Shown: positions 26,884 through 37,753 of the stretch, piece by piece
Numbering within the stretch: position 1 is the stretch's first letter
How the letters are laid out: each line of letters starts with the position of its first letter
Assembly (NCBI GenBank): GCA_019058315.1
Contig: JAHPZH010000002.1
Location: 32,001 to 96,000 of the forward strand
Direction: 5' to 3'
Length of the DNA: 64,000 nucleotides
DNA from: Candidatus Helarchaeota archaeon
GTDB taxonomy: Archaea > Asgardarchaeota > Lokiarchaeia > Helarchaeales > RDOG01
Program-made: the position numbers and the translations under genes
The notes under the pieces: model-generated
Told to the model about the DNA's origin: nothing
The model's input: the letters and a program-made list of their open reading frames with translations, nothing else
The model's database searches: none

Positions 26884-28506
26884 TTGGAGAATCTATTAAT
26901 AAAAAATGGTCATATTATTGATGGAACGGGGAATCCATGGTTTAAGGCAGATATTTTAATTGAAAACCAAAAAATTAGCCAAATTTCAACCGAAATATCA
27001 GAACATGCTGATAAAATAATCGATGCAAAAGGATTAATTGTATGTCCGGGATTCATTGATATTCACACACACTCTGATGCATCTCTCATGGTCTCAAATG
27101 GAGAAAATGTTTTAACACAAGGAGTTACAACCCATGTAATAGGTAATTGTGGGTTTTCTTTAACTCCAGCTGATATAAAAAAAGTAAAAGAGTTTAAATT
27201 AGAAGAAAGACTTAGCGCTCTAACTGGTGTTAGGGGTGAGCTCAGGTTTGAGAGACTTGATCAATATCTCGACGAATTTCAAGAAATAGGTATTGCTATT
27301 AATGCAGTTCCCTTAACAGGTCATTCAACAATTCGATTAAGCGTTTTAGGACTGGAAACTCGAGCTCCAAGTGATTCTGAATTAAGAAATATGAAAAATC
27401 TATTAGTATCTGAATTAAAACTGGGATCATTTGGAATGAGCACGGGTTTAGATTATCCTCCGGGATCTTTTGCAAAAACTGATGAGATAATTGAGCTATG
27501 TAAGGTAGTTGCAAAATATAATGGGCTTTACTCAACTCATTTTAGGGGTTTATTTGGAGGATTATTGGGTGCTACGAGGGAGACAATTAAAATAGGGGAA
27601 GAGGCAAATTGTAAAGTTGAAATTTCCCATTATAAACCTTTTGGATTTTATCGAGGTAATATTCGTAAAGCAGTTAAAAAAGTAGAGCAAGCTCGGCTCA
27701 GAGGTCTCGATATAACATTCGATGTGTTCCCTCAAGCTTCAAATTCGACCTTTCTTTATGCAATGGCTCCACCATGGATATATATGGGTAAAGGTGAATT
27801 AGATCCTGATGGTGCCCGTGAAAGGTTTAAGAAAACAAAGACTGATGAAGAATTTAGAAAACAAGTATTATTAGAAATGGGGCAGTTGGGATCGAGCTTC
27901 TTAAAGATAAAAAAGCCAGAAGATTGGAATAAGGTAATTATTAGTACACCAGGAGACCCAAGATTCCATGGAAAATCTGCGTATGAAATAGCCCAAGAAC
28001 AAAATTATGATCCTAGGGAAGCAATTATTGATGCCCTTATAAACCATGGAATGAAAGCTTCTGGTGTATTTTTATCCATGACTGAGGAAGATAATCGAGT
28101 GACACTTACTCACCCCCTTGGAATGTATGGTTCAGATGGAATGGTGTTTCCTTTGCAAGATAAAGAACAACGATTTCCTAATCCGTACTGTTTTGGGACT
28201 TTCACTCAAGTGTTAGGCAAATATGTACGGGAAGAAAAATTATTGACATTACAAGAAGCAATTCGTAAAATGACTTCTTTCCCTGCTCAGAAGCTTGGAT
28301 TAAAAGATCGCGGACTTTTACGAGAAGGATTTTGGGCAGATATTACTATATTTGATAAAGATCGAGTTATAGATAAAGCAACGTATAAGAACCCAACCAT
28401 ATTATCTGAAGGCATAGAATATGTATTAATAAATGGAACAATTGCTCTAGAAAAAGGTAAATTTACATATTCTAAATCTGGTATCCCCATAAGAAAACAA
28501 GTTTAA
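26884..28506 (+). CDS. N-acyl-D-amino-acid deacylase (D-aminoacylase family amidohydrolase)
   Basis: PGFIDIHTHSD, QGVTT...GNCG, GMSTGL.YPPG, GSDG, KMTS.PA. Confidence 0.9.
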   Translation: MENLLIKNGHIIDGTGNPWFKADILIENQKISQISTEISEHADKIIDAKGLIVCPGFIDIHTHSDASLMVSNGENVLTQGVTTHVIGNCGFSLTPADIKKVKEFKLEERLSALTGVRGELRFERLDQYLDEFQEIGIAINAVPLTGHSTIRLSVLGLETRAPSDSELRNMKNLLVSELKLGSFGMSTGLDYPPGSFAKTDEIIELCKVVAKYNGLYSTHFRGLFGGLLGATRETIKIGEEANCKVEISHYKPFGFYRGNIRKAVKKVEQARLRGLDITFDVFPQASNSTFLYAMAPPWIYMGKGELDPDGARERFKKTKTDEEFRKQVLLEMGQLGSSFLKIKKPEDWNKVIISTPGDPRFHGKSAYEIAQEQNYDPREAIIDALINHGMKASGVFLSMTEEDNRVTLTHPLGMYGSDGMVFPLQDKEQRFPNPYCFGTFTQVLGKYVREEKLLTLQEAIRKMTSFPAQKLGLKDRGLLREGFWADITIFDKDRVIDKATYKNPTILSEGIEYVLINGTIALEKGKFTYSKSGIPIRKQV

Positions 28507-28633
28507 ACACTTTTCTTTCTATTTTTTTAACTAATAAAAAATTACGATTATTTTAATGTTTAAAAAATATTTGTTATTTAATTAAGATAATTGATTAAAA
28601 TTTTAAAAAATTGAAAAATAAAAGTGATTAATT

Positions 28634-29758
28634 ATGTCTGAATCTGATTATTATGAAATTGTTAGACAGAAACTGGATATTGGACATATAAAACATCCTA
28701 AACATGAAAATTTTTATGAATTAATGAAAGTTTTTTGGGATAAAAATGATATAAAACTTCTCTCCCATTTCCCAAATGCAGGAGAAGTTATTTCTTTAAA
28801 CGAACTGGTTGAAAAGTCAGGAATGCCAAAAGACGAAGTGAAAAAAATATTAAAAAAGGTAGTAAATAAAAGAACTGTTGCAAAAATTGGCCCTAAATAC
28901 GGTTTAGCACCACTTCTACCTGGTGTGTTCGAAGCTTATTATATTGCACAACAAGATACCGAAGAAAATCTAAAAAAAGCGGCTAAATTATATAGATTTT
29001 TCTTTACAAACCCGACTACTGAAACAACCGAGAGAGATTATCAACTTTTTAGTCCTATACTTCCATATGAAGCAAAAGAAAAATTGATTGAAATTGACAA
29101 AAAAGTCAATACAGAATCACGTGTTCTTCCCTTTGAATTAGTTGAAGAAATGATTAATAAAAATGAACATTTTGCAGTAATACCATGCCAATGTCGTTTA
29201 ATAGCCGAATTAAATGATGAACCTTGTGAAGTTGCCCCTTCTGAAATGGGTTGTTTTCTCACCGGAATGTCTGCACAAGGAGTTGTCGCTCTTGGTTTTG
29301 GAAGAGCATTGACTAAGGAAGAAGCCATCGAATATATTAAAGAAACTGAGAAAAGAGGGCTTGTTCACAACGCCCCGAATGATTCTTCGGATCATTCATT
29401 TATTTGCAATTGTTGTGGTTGCCATTGTGGAGCTCTTATGCCGTTGAAGGAATTTCAGATACAAAACGTAAGACCAAGCAATTTTCGACCTAAGATTGAC
29501 CGCGAAATATGTGTATTATGTCAGACATGTTTAAGGAAGTGTCCAATGAGTGCAATTACTCATGAAGGGGAAAAAGGTGCACCTGATGAAAAAATGATAA
29601 TAAATATTGATATTTGTATCGGTTGTGGGATCTGTGCTGCTAATTGTGCAAAGAATTCAATCACAATGGAAAAGATAGATAATGTGATCCCACCAAAGGA
29701 AAATAAAATTGGCAATACAAGTTTTGATGAAATTTTAGGAAATCTTATAATCCCTTAA
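28634..29758 (+). CDS. 4Fe-4S dicluster protein with N-terminal HTH-like region
   Basis: PCQCR, ICNCCGCHC, CVLCQTCLRKCP, CIGCGICAANC. Confidence 0.85.
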   Translation: MSESDYYEIVRQKLDIGHIKHPKHENFYELMKVFWDKNDIKLLSHFPNAGEVISLNELVEKSGMPKDEVKKILKKVVNKRTVAKIGPKYGLAPLLPGVFEAYYIAQQDTEENLKKAAKLYRFFFTNPTTETTERDYQLFSPILPYEAKEKLIEIDKKVNTESRVLPFELVEEMINKNEHFAVIPCQCRLIAELNDEPCEVAPSEMGCFLTGMSAQGVVALGFGRALTKEEAIEYIKETEKRGLVHNAPNDSSDHSFICNCCGCHCGALMPLKEFQIQNVRPSNFRPKIDREICVLCQTCLRKCPMSAITHEGEKGAPDEKMIINIDICIGCGICAANCAKNSITMEKIDNVIPPKENKIGNTSFDEILGNLIIP

Positions 29759-29894
29759 TATTAATTCTTTTTTTTAAGTAAATAGATTAGTGTTATTCTT
29801 CAGATATTATTCTTTTTAATAACTGTAAATCTAAATATTTCTAATATCAAACCAGAGAATAAGAAGAAAGACATTTTTAAAGGAGATAAAGTAA

Positions 29895-30677
29895 TTGAGA
29901 CCACATCATAAAAAAGCAATAGAGAAATTGACTGAACATTTAAAGAAAAAAGATGAATTCTTAGCTCTAATTATTACTGGTTCAGTCGCTAAAGGAGTTG
30001 AAAAAGAAAATTCTGATATTGATATCATCCTCGTAGTTACTGATGAAGAATTTGAACGAAGAAAAGAAAAAAATAAACTTATCTATTTTTCAACTAGATT
30101 TTGTAAATATCCTAATGGATATTTTGATGGGAAAATTGTTAATCTGCAATTTATAAAGATGCTTGCTGAAAGAGGACCAGAGCCCGCTCGTGATGCTCTT
30201 AATGGTGCATTTATTGCCTTTTCTAAAATACTTGAACTTGAAGAAATTGTAAAAAAAATACCAGTTTATCAAAAAGATGAACAATCTGAGAAAATTAAAA
30301 CCTTTTATACACAATTTGAATGTGCAAAATGGTATTTAGAAGAGGCAGAAAAAAGAAATGACATGTATCTATTGACTCATGCAGTAGCTGATCTGATATT
30401 GTATGGTGGAAGATTAATACTTGCTTATAATGAAATTCTATACCCATACCATAAATTGTTTATGATTGAATTGAGAAAAGCTCCTAAAAAACCAGAAAAT
30501 CTAATGGCTTTAATAGATAAATTATTAGAGGAACCAAATTCTAAAAACGCTCAAGCCTTCTTTGATGCCATAAAAAATTTTACAGATTGGAATTTTAGAG
30601 AACTTTGGCCTGTTCGTTTTATGCTGGATACCGAATGGGCTTGGATTGATGGGAAAACATATATTGGCGATATTTAA
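29895..30677 (+). CDS. Pol-beta-superfamily nucleotidyltransferase domain protein
   Basis: TGSVAKG...SDIDI motif followed by a helical C-terminal domain. Confidence 0.8.
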   Translation: MRPHHKKAIEKLTEHLKKKDEFLALIITGSVAKGVEKENSDIDIILVVTDEEFERRKEKNKLIYFSTRFCKYPNGYFDGKIVNLQFIKMLAERGPEPARDALNGAFIAFSKILELEEIVKKIPVYQKDEQSEKIKTFYTQFECAKWYLEEAEKRNDMYLLTHAVADLILYGGRLILAYNEILYPYHKLFMIELRKAPKKPENLMALIDKLLEEPNSKNAQAFFDAIKNFTDWNFRELWPVRFMLDTEWAWIDGKTYIGDI

Positions 30678-30759
30678 AAATCCAATTCTAATTACATTTA
30701 TTATCATAAAAAATAAAATACAAGATTAAAGAACAAAAAATAAATGAGGGTTTATATAA

Positions 30760-32271
30760 ATGACGACAATTACTAAAACTAAATCAAATATTGTTGAAAC
30801 TAAATCTGGAAAGGTTCAAGGTTATTCAGAAAATGGAGTACAAATATTTAAAGGCATTCCTTATGCCGCTCCGCCTATAGAAGAATTGCGTTTTTGTCCT
30901 CCCGAACCGAGAGAACCTTGGAAAGATGTGTTTGATGCTACTGAGTATGGAAATTATGCTATGCAAGGCTTTAACGCACTTGAAATACTTTTTGGGAAAA
31001 TTCCATATAAAGAAAGTGAAGATTGTTTAAACCTTAATATCTGGACACCAGATACAGATGGAAAAAAACCTGTAATGGTTTGGATTCATGGTGGTGCCTT
31101 TACAATGGGAAGTGGAGCTGATCCAATATATGAGGGCTCAGCTTTAGCCCGTCGTGGTAATATTGTAGTTGTAACAATAAATTATCGCCTTGGAGCTTTA
31201 GGTTTTCTCTATATTCCTGACTTAACTGTCAATATGGGAATGCAGGATCAAATTGCGGCCTTGAAATGGGTTAAAGATAACATTGAGGGTTTCGGAGGTG
31301 ACCCTAAAAATGTCACTATTTTCGGTGAATCTGCAGGTGGAGCATCAGTTTACTGCTTGCTTGCTATGCCAGCTGCAAAGGGGCTTTTTCATCACGCTAT
31401 TCCACAAAGTGGAGTATTCGGTTTTGATCCAACAGCTGGTAAGAAAAGTTCAGAGTATTTAATGAAGAAGTTAAAAGTCGAACCCGGTGATATTGACGCA
31501 TTACGCAAAGTTCCTGCGAAAAAAATCATGAAAGTTCAAGATAGAATTACTCTAAGACCAGGATTTTCAGATATTCTCGCATTTTCTCCAAGAATTGATC
31601 CTAAAACACTACCAAAACATCCAGTAGAAGCGATACGAGATGGATCTGCGAGCAAAGTAGATTTATTAATAGGAACGAATGAACATGAGATGAAACTTTT
31701 CGTAGCCATTGACCCTAGCGTTAGAAATATGGATTTAGATAAATTATATGAATTCATACAAGGAATGGGATTTGATGAAAGCAAAACCAAACAATTAATT
31801 AAGGTATATCAAGAAGCTAGAAAAGGTGTATCTTCAACAGACCCCGATGAATTATTTGCTGCTATTGGAACTGATTATACCTTTCGTATTCCTGCACTTC
31901 GTATAGCTGAATCACACAATAAGAATAATAAAAATACCTATAATTATTTATTTAAATGGCCTTCACCGGCGTTAAAAGGTGTTTTGGGCTGTTGTCATGC
32001 AATTGAAATACCTTTTGTATTTGGCACCCATAAGCTTCCAAAAATTGACGAATTTGTGGGTAAAGATGCTGCTGTTGAAGCTATCAGCGAAAAGATGATG
32101 GATGCTTGGATTGCATTTGCTCGAACTGGAAATCCAAACAATGATAATATCCCAGAATGGCCCCCATATGATGAAAAAAAGAGATCTACTATGGTCATTG
32201 GTAAAGAAATCAAAGTTGTTAACAATATTTTTGAAAAAGAGCGTAAGGGTTGGGATGATATAACTTTATAA
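30760..32271 (+). CDS. type-B carboxylesterase (PnbA-like), copy 1
   Basis: FKGIPYA, SEDCLNLN, WIHGG, GESAG, CHAIE. Confidence 0.95.
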   Translation: MTTITKTKSNIVETKSGKVQGYSENGVQIFKGIPYAAPPIEELRFCPPEPREPWKDVFDATEYGNYAMQGFNALEILFGKIPYKESEDCLNLNIWTPDTDGKKPVMVWIHGGAFTMGSGADPIYEGSALARRGNIVVVTINYRLGALGFLYIPDLTVNMGMQDQIAALKWVKDNIEGFGGDPKNVTIFGESAGGASVYCLLAMPAAKGLFHHAIPQSGVFGFDPTAGKKSSEYLMKKLKVEPGDIDALRKVPAKKIMKVQDRITLRPGFSDILAFSPRIDPKTLPKHPVEAIRDGSASKVDLLIGTNEHEMKLFVAIDPSVRNMDLDKLYEFIQGMGFDESKTKQLIKVYQEARKGVSSTDPDELFAAIGTDYTFRIPALRIAESHNKNNKNTYNYLFKWPSPALKGVLGCCHAIEIPFVFGTHKLPKIDEFVGKDAAVEAISEKMMDAWIAFARTGNPNNDNIPEWPPYDEKKRSTMVIGKEIKVVNNIFEKERKGWDDITL

Positions 32272-32318
32272 ATTCTTCAAAAAAGATTTAGAAACTAAAT
32301 AAAAATAAGAGGTTAAAA

Positions 32319-33851
32319 ATGACAACCATAACTAAAACTGAAAAAAATATAGTTGAAACTGAATTAGGAAAAATCCAGGGCTACAGCCATGAAGGCCTAC
32401 AAATATTTAAAGGAATACCTTATGCTGCTTCACCCGTAGGAGAACTGCGTTTCAGTCCACCTGCTCCAAGAGAAGTATGGAGTGATGTATTAGATTGTAC
32501 AACGTTCGGTCCATACGTCATACAAAGCCCTAGTGTTCTTGATATGTTTCTAGGAAAACCAAAACCTCAAAGTGAAGAGGATTGTTTAACACTTAATATT
32601 TGGACACCAAAAACTGACGATGCTAATCGACCAGTGATGTTTTGGATACATGGTGGAGGTTTTATGAATGGAGGAGGTCCACTCCCGCTCTATCGTGGTT
32701 CAAGTCTAGCTCGCCGAGGTAACGTAGTAGTTGTAAATATAAATTATCGGCTTGGTGTTTTGGGATATTCATATATTCCGGGCGTAACTGCTAATATAGG
32801 AATGCTCGATCAGATAGCTGCTCTTGAATGGGTTAATAAAAATATTGAATCATTTGGTGGTGATCCAAATAATATCACCATTTTTGGAGAATCTGCTGGT
32901 GCTATGTCCGTGAGTACCCTAATTGCCATGCCTGCTGCTAAAGGACTTTTTAATCGTGTTATTGCTCAAAGTGGGGCTGCTCATCCTTTAATTTACAATC
33001 CAGAATTAGCTAAAAAGAGCACAGACCGCCTAATGTCAGAACTTGGTCTTGAAGCGGATGATATAGAAAAATTGCGTAAATTACCTGTGAAAGAAATTAT
33101 AAAGGCCCAAAACAAAATTACTATGTCACCGAATCTTGCCGAATTTCTTCCATTTTCCCCTAGAATTGATAAGGAAACTTTACCGAAACATCCCTTAGAG
33201 GCAGTAAGTGAAGGTTCTGCAAAGGACTACGAGTTATTAATAGGTACAAATGCGGATGAAATTAAATTATTTAGTGCATTAGATCCGAATTTAAGCAACA
33301 TGGATGAAAAAGGGCTCTATAAATTTATAAAGAATATAATGGATATGTTTGGAGAAAACGGTACCAAAGTAAAACATTTATTAGAGACTTACAAAGAAGC
33401 TAGAAAGGGTAAATTATCTATAAAACCTTCTGAAATATTGGCTGCTATCGGTACAGATTTTACATTTCGCATTCCAACAATTCGTATGCTTGAAATATAT
33501 AGTAAACACCAAGAAAAAGTTTATAATTATTTGTTTAATTGGCCTTCTCCTGCATTAAATGGTAGATTCGGTTCTTGCCATGCTGTAGAAATCGCTTTTG
33601 TTTTGGGAACTATAGATCTTCCTAAAATGGATATATTCTTTGGAAAGGGAGCTGATGCTAAAACTCTGTGTGAAAGAACGATGGATGCATGGTTAAATTT
33701 CGCTAAATCAGGAGATCCAAATCATAAAAATATCCCAAAATGGCCTGTATATGATCAGGATAAGAGAGCAACAATGATAATTGATAAAGAGTTTAAAGTA
33801 GTCAATGGATATCGCGATAAAGAACGTTCCGCTTGGGACGATATTTTTTAA
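32319..33851 (+). CDS. type-B carboxylesterase (PnbA-like), copy 2
   Basis: FKGIPYA, EDCLTLN, WIHGGG, GESAG, CHAVE. Confidence 0.95.
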   Translation: MTTITKTEKNIVETELGKIQGYSHEGLQIFKGIPYAASPVGELRFSPPAPREVWSDVLDCTTFGPYVIQSPSVLDMFLGKPKPQSEEDCLTLNIWTPKTDDANRPVMFWIHGGGFMNGGGPLPLYRGSSLARRGNVVVVNINYRLGVLGYSYIPGVTANIGMLDQIAALEWVNKNIESFGGDPNNITIFGESAGAMSVSTLIAMPAAKGLFNRVIAQSGAAHPLIYNPELAKKSTDRLMSELGLEADDIEKLRKLPVKEIIKAQNKITMSPNLAEFLPFSPRIDKETLPKHPLEAVSEGSAKDYELLIGTNADEIKLFSALDPNLSNMDEKGLYKFIKNIMDMFGENGTKVKHLLETYKEARKGKLSIKPSEILAAIGTDFTFRIPTIRMLEIYSKHQEKVYNYLFNWPSPALNGRFGSCHAVEIAFVLGTIDLPKMDIFFGKGADAKTLCERTMDAWLNFAKSGDPNHKNIPKWPVYDQDKRATMIIDKEFKVVNGYRDKERSAWDDIF

Positions 33852-33902
33852 TTTATAGAAATTATAACTTAATAAATCAAATCTAAATGAGAGGTTAAAT
33901 AT

Positions 33903-35429
33903 ATGAAAACTATTGCAAAATCTAAATCGGCAATTGTTGAAACGAATTCTGGAAAAATCCAAGGTTATACAGATAATGGGTTACAAATATTCAAGGGAAT
34001 CCCTTATGCCTCCCCACCGATAGATGAACTGCGATTCTCCCCTCCCCAACCGGTAGAACCGTGGAATGACGTGCTGGATGCTACCACATATGGTCCCTTT
34101 CCGCTACAAGGAGCTTCTGCCCTAGAGATGTTTCTAGGCAAAGCTAGCCCACAAAGCGAACCTGATTGTTTAACACTTAATATTTGGACACCTGAAACCG
34201 ATGATAAAGATCGTCCAGTTATGTTTTGGATACATGGAGGAGGTTTCATTAATGGTGGAGCAGCAGTTCAAGTCTATGATGGGTCATACTTAGCTCAACG
34301 GGGCAATACGGTGATAGTTACTATAAATTATAGATTAGGTGCCTTCGGTTATCTATATATTCCAGATGTTACCGCAAATGTAGGACAGCTTGACCAGATC
34401 CAAGCACTAAAGTGGGTTAAGGAAAATATAGCAAAATTTGGCGGAGATCCTAATAATATTACCATTTTTGGTGAGTCTGCAGGAGGTGAAGCGGTAGTAA
34501 CTTTACTTGCAATGCCAGCTGCCAAAGATCTTTTCCAACATGTAATTGCACAAAGTGCACCGATGGTTTATAATGCATCAGCAGGTAAGAAAAGTTCAGA
34601 ACAATTAATGTCATTGTTAGATATTGAAGCAGGCGATATTGATGCATTGCAGAAAGTACCTGCAAAAAAAATTATAAGGGCACAAAATAAAATAACTAAT
34701 CGTGGTGTTATTACAGATCTTCTTCCATTTTCCCCTAGAATTGATAAAAAGACATTACCCAAACACCCTTTAGAGGCATTACGCTCTGGTTCTGCAAATA
34801 ATGCTGATTTAATTATTGGAAGTAATGAAACGGAATTAACGCTTTTTACTCGTTTGGATCCCAGAATGAATAAGATGGACGCTGAAGGGATGCGGAAAAA
34901 TATAAATTCTATAGCAAATCTTTTAGGTCAAGATGAAAAGAAAGCTAATGAATTAATTAATTTATATAAGGAAAATCGAAAAGATTTACGTACCCCTCTA
35001 GATATAATGGAGGTTATTGGAACTGATTTTGTATTTCGTATTCCTGCAATTCGTATCTCTGAAGCACATCACACCCACCAGTCTAATACATACAATTACA
35101 TATTCACATGGCAATCACCAGCTTTCAATGGTCAATTTGGTGCCCCTCATGCGGTAGAAATTCCTTTCGTTTTTGGAACTCTTAATGCTCCAATGATAGA
35201 TCAATTAGTAGGTAAGGGTCCGGCAGCTGATACCCTAAAGGAAAAGACTATGGCTACTTGGATATCCTTTGCTAAGAATGGGAATCCAAATCATGATGGT
35301 ATTCCAAAATGGCCATCATATGATGCCGAAAAAAGAGCGACAATGTTAATGGGCAAAAAGTTTGAAGTGGTTAATGCGCTTTTTGATGCTGAGCGTGCAG
35401 CTTGGGAAAACGTAACATTCAATATTTGA
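33903..35429 (+). CDS. type-B carboxylesterase (PnbA-like), copy 3
   Basis: FKGIPYA, DCLTLN, WIHGGG, GESAG, PHAVE. Confidence 0.95.
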   Translation: MKTIAKSKSAIVETNSGKIQGYTDNGLQIFKGIPYASPPIDELRFSPPQPVEPWNDVLDATTYGPFPLQGASALEMFLGKASPQSEPDCLTLNIWTPETDDKDRPVMFWIHGGGFINGGAAVQVYDGSYLAQRGNTVIVTINYRLGAFGYLYIPDVTANVGQLDQIQALKWVKENIAKFGGDPNNITIFGESAGGEAVVTLLAMPAAKDLFQHVIAQSAPMVYNASAGKKSSEQLMSLLDIEAGDIDALQKVPAKKIIRAQNKITNRGVITDLLPFSPRIDKKTLPKHPLEALRSGSANNADLIIGSNETELTLFTRLDPRMNKMDAEGMRKNINSIANLLGQDEKKANELINLYKENRKDLRTPLDIMEVIGTDFVFRIPAIRISEAHHTHQSNTYNYIFTWQSPAFNGQFGAPHAVEIPFVFGTLNAPMIDQLVGKGPAADTLKEKTMATWISFAKNGNPNHDGIPKWPSYDAEKRATMLMGKKFEVVNALFDAERAAWENVTFNI

Positions 35430-35492
35430 AAATCATATTATCTCTTTTTTTTTTGAAAATAAATTCTTAATAATTTAAGGTTCTAAAGAGAA

Positions 35493-36668
35493 ATGGATGC
35501 ACCAGAAAGAGTTTTAGCTGCAATAAATCATGAAGAACCAGACCGAGTGCCTGCATTCGAGTCGGCTTTTACTAATAATGCAATTATGAAACATTATGGG
35601 ATTTCTGTTGGAAAAGGAAGGACACCACCACCTAGTGATGATAGTGATGAAATTTCGGTACCTCCAGATGTTGTTAAAAAAATTGCTAAAGATAAATCCG
35701 TAATCAAATCGCAGCTCAAAAACTTGTATAAATTGTATCAGAAAGCTGGCATTGACCTTGTACCAAGTATAGCTAGTCTGTTCCCTAGAATGTTTTTGAA
35801 AAGTGGAAAAATGATTGATGAATACGGCAGAATTATGAAAACTGAATATTATAAAGATGGAACACCAATTTTAGGGTATGTTGGAGGATATTTTAAAAGT
35901 TTTGAGGATTATGAAAGTTGGGAACCACCTGATCCGCACTGGGAAGCAAGAATTAGTGGTTTTTTAGCAGGAAGAGAAATGCAAGAGAAATTAAATAATG
36001 AAATTTTCTCAATTCCATCAACGGGGTGTTTAATGGAAGTTTCATGGGAAAGTTTCGGATTAGAGTTATTTTCAAGGTTATTAGCAAGAAAAAAACAAGC
36101 AAAAAAGATTTTTGACGATCGTGGAAAATTCACTCTTGAATTAGTCAAGATTTTAGCAGAAAAGGATGCAAAAATTGTTCTTTTATGGGATGATTATGGG
36201 TATAAAAATGGTTTGTTCATGTCCCCAAAGAATTACAGAACTTACGTCTTTCCATGGCTGAAACAAATTTGCGATGCCGCACACAAGAGGGATTGTAAAA
36301 TTTTACTACATTCCGATGGAGATCTAATGAAAATATTCGAAGATATCGTTAAGTGCGGTGTAGACATTTTAAACCCAATAGAATCTACTACAGCTAATCC
36401 CGAATATGATATTTTTAAATTACATAAAACATATGGAGAAAAAATAACATTTGCTGGAAATCTAAGCCCAATTATGTTAACTATGGGGGAAATTTCTGAA
36501 ATTGAAGCATATGCGAAAAAATTAATTCGTGAATTAGCACCTGGTGGAGGATATATATTCAGTTCAGGACATAGTATAAACCCAGCCGTTACAGTAGATC
36601 GATTTCTTGCTATGCAAAATATTAAGAAAAAATACGGAAATTATCCAATTGGATTTATTCCTGATTAA
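35493..36668 (+). CDS. URO-D/MtaA-CmuA family protein
   Basis: ERVLAAINHEEPDRVP, DEYGR, WDDYG, HSDG, PGGGYIFSSGHSI. Confidence 0.85.
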   Translation: MDAPERVLAAINHEEPDRVPAFESAFTNNAIMKHYGISVGKGRTPPPSDDSDEISVPPDVVKKIAKDKSVIKSQLKNLYKLYQKAGIDLVPSIASLFPRMFLKSGKMIDEYGRIMKTEYYKDGTPILGYVGGYFKSFEDYESWEPPDPHWEARISGFLAGREMQEKLNNEIFSIPSTGCLMEVSWESFGLELFSRLLARKKQAKKIFDDRGKFTLELVKILAEKDAKIVLLWDDYGYKNGLFMSPKNYRTYVFPWLKQICDAAHKRDCKILLHSDGDLMKIFEDIVKCGVDILNPIESTTANPEYDIFKLHKTYGEKITFAGNLSPIMLTMGEISEIEAYAKKLIRELAPGGGYIFSSGHSINPAVTVDRFLAMQNIKKKYGNYPIGFIPD

Positions 36669-37333
36669 GAAACTTTTATTTTAGGCATGGATTTCTCCAT
36701 TAAATTCTTTATATGTTTAACTCCTTCAACTGCATCATCAGCAAAATCGTCTGCTCCCATTTTTTTTGCAAGTTCCATATTTAATGGAGCACCGCCAACA
36801 ATGATTTTAACTTGATCTCTAAGACCTTCATCTTTTAGAGCCTTATCAACAACCGAAATTTCTTCGACTGTCATAGTGAGAAGTGCACTTAAAGCAAGTA
36901 CTTTAGCACCTGATTCTTTTACCGTTTTAACAATTTTATCCGGAGGACAATCCATTCCCAAATCAATTATATTGAAGCCACTTGACATTAACATACTAAT
37001 GAGAATATTTTTACCAATATCATGATTATCACCCCTAACAGTCGCAATAACCACAGTTTGCTCTGTTCCTTTAACATCCGATTTTAGATATGGTTCTATT
37101 ACTTTAATAGCTTCTTTCATCGTTTCGCCTGCTAATACAAGATCTGTTAAAAAATATTCATTTTTCTCATATAGTTTTCCGACTTCATCTAATCCGTCGG
37201 TAAGAGCTTTCATAACATTTTTGGGATCGGTTCCAGCTTCTAATTCGGATTTGACTACATTAGGAATTTCGTCAATATCTAAATCGATTAATGTATCTTT
37301 TACTTCTTTCAAAGTCACTTTTACCATCTTCAT
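36665..37333 (-). CDS. corrinoid (cobalamin-binding) methyl-acceptor protein, MtaC/MttC-like
   Basis: N-terminal cap domain; B12 motif GDNHDIGKN (DxHxxG), DLG, SALLT, VGGAP. Confidence 0.93.
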   Translation of the reverse strand: MKMVKVTLKEVKDTLIDLDIDEIPNVVKSELEAGTDPKNVMKALTDGLDEVGKLYEKNEYFLTDLVLAGETMKEAIKVIEPYLKSDVKGTEQTVVIATVRGDNHDIGKNILISMLMSSGFNIIDLGMDCPPDKIVKTVKESGAKVLALSALLTMTVEEISVVDKALKDEGLRDQVKIIVGGAPLNMELAKKMGADDFADDAVEGVKHIKNLMEKSMPKIKVS

Positions 37334-37440
37334 TTTAAAATGTTTTATCTATAAAATAATGTATGTTTTTTAATTAATTTTTTATAAATTAATCTATCGA
37401 TTCATTCTATTTATGATGAATATGTTTAAAAGTGATTCTC

Positions 37441-37633
37441 ATGAATTTAAATTCATTATCAAACCATTATTCATTAATTAATAAAAATAGCCTTTGTATT
37501 TCCAGTTCGGACAAAAAAGGAAGCAAATTCAGAATATAAATATTCAGAAGATTTAGACATATTATATCAAGACGTAGTAAATGATTTTATGTATGGAAGA
37601 TCTTAAATTGCATATGAGAATCTGCGAAAATAA
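37441..37633 (+). pseudogene. internally deleted remnant of a DUF2961-family gene
   Basis: MNLNSLSNHYSLINKNSLCISSSDKKG matches the N-terminus of 42754..44022 (MYLNSFSNLFKLTNRSNHRISSWDKKG). It is joined directly to KYSEDLDILYQDVVNDFMYGRS*IAYENLRK, which matches that gene's C-terminus (KYSTVIDRSYQDTLHDFMQGKYQIAYENLKK). Confidence 0.8.
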
Positions 37634-37753
37634 GTCCAATGCTTTCTGCTGAACCTACTGGAAAATAAAAAAAAATAGATAGTAATAATTGAAAAATCAT
37701 AAAATTATTATATAGCTTATTTATTCAAAAAATAAAATACTAGTGTATTTATT

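Noticed and set aside
29895-30677. MNT-HEPN toxin-antitoxin or CBASS nucleotidyltransferase
   Set aside because: No adjacent HEPN toxin or effector gene; it looks like a stand-alone NTase with a helical C-domain.
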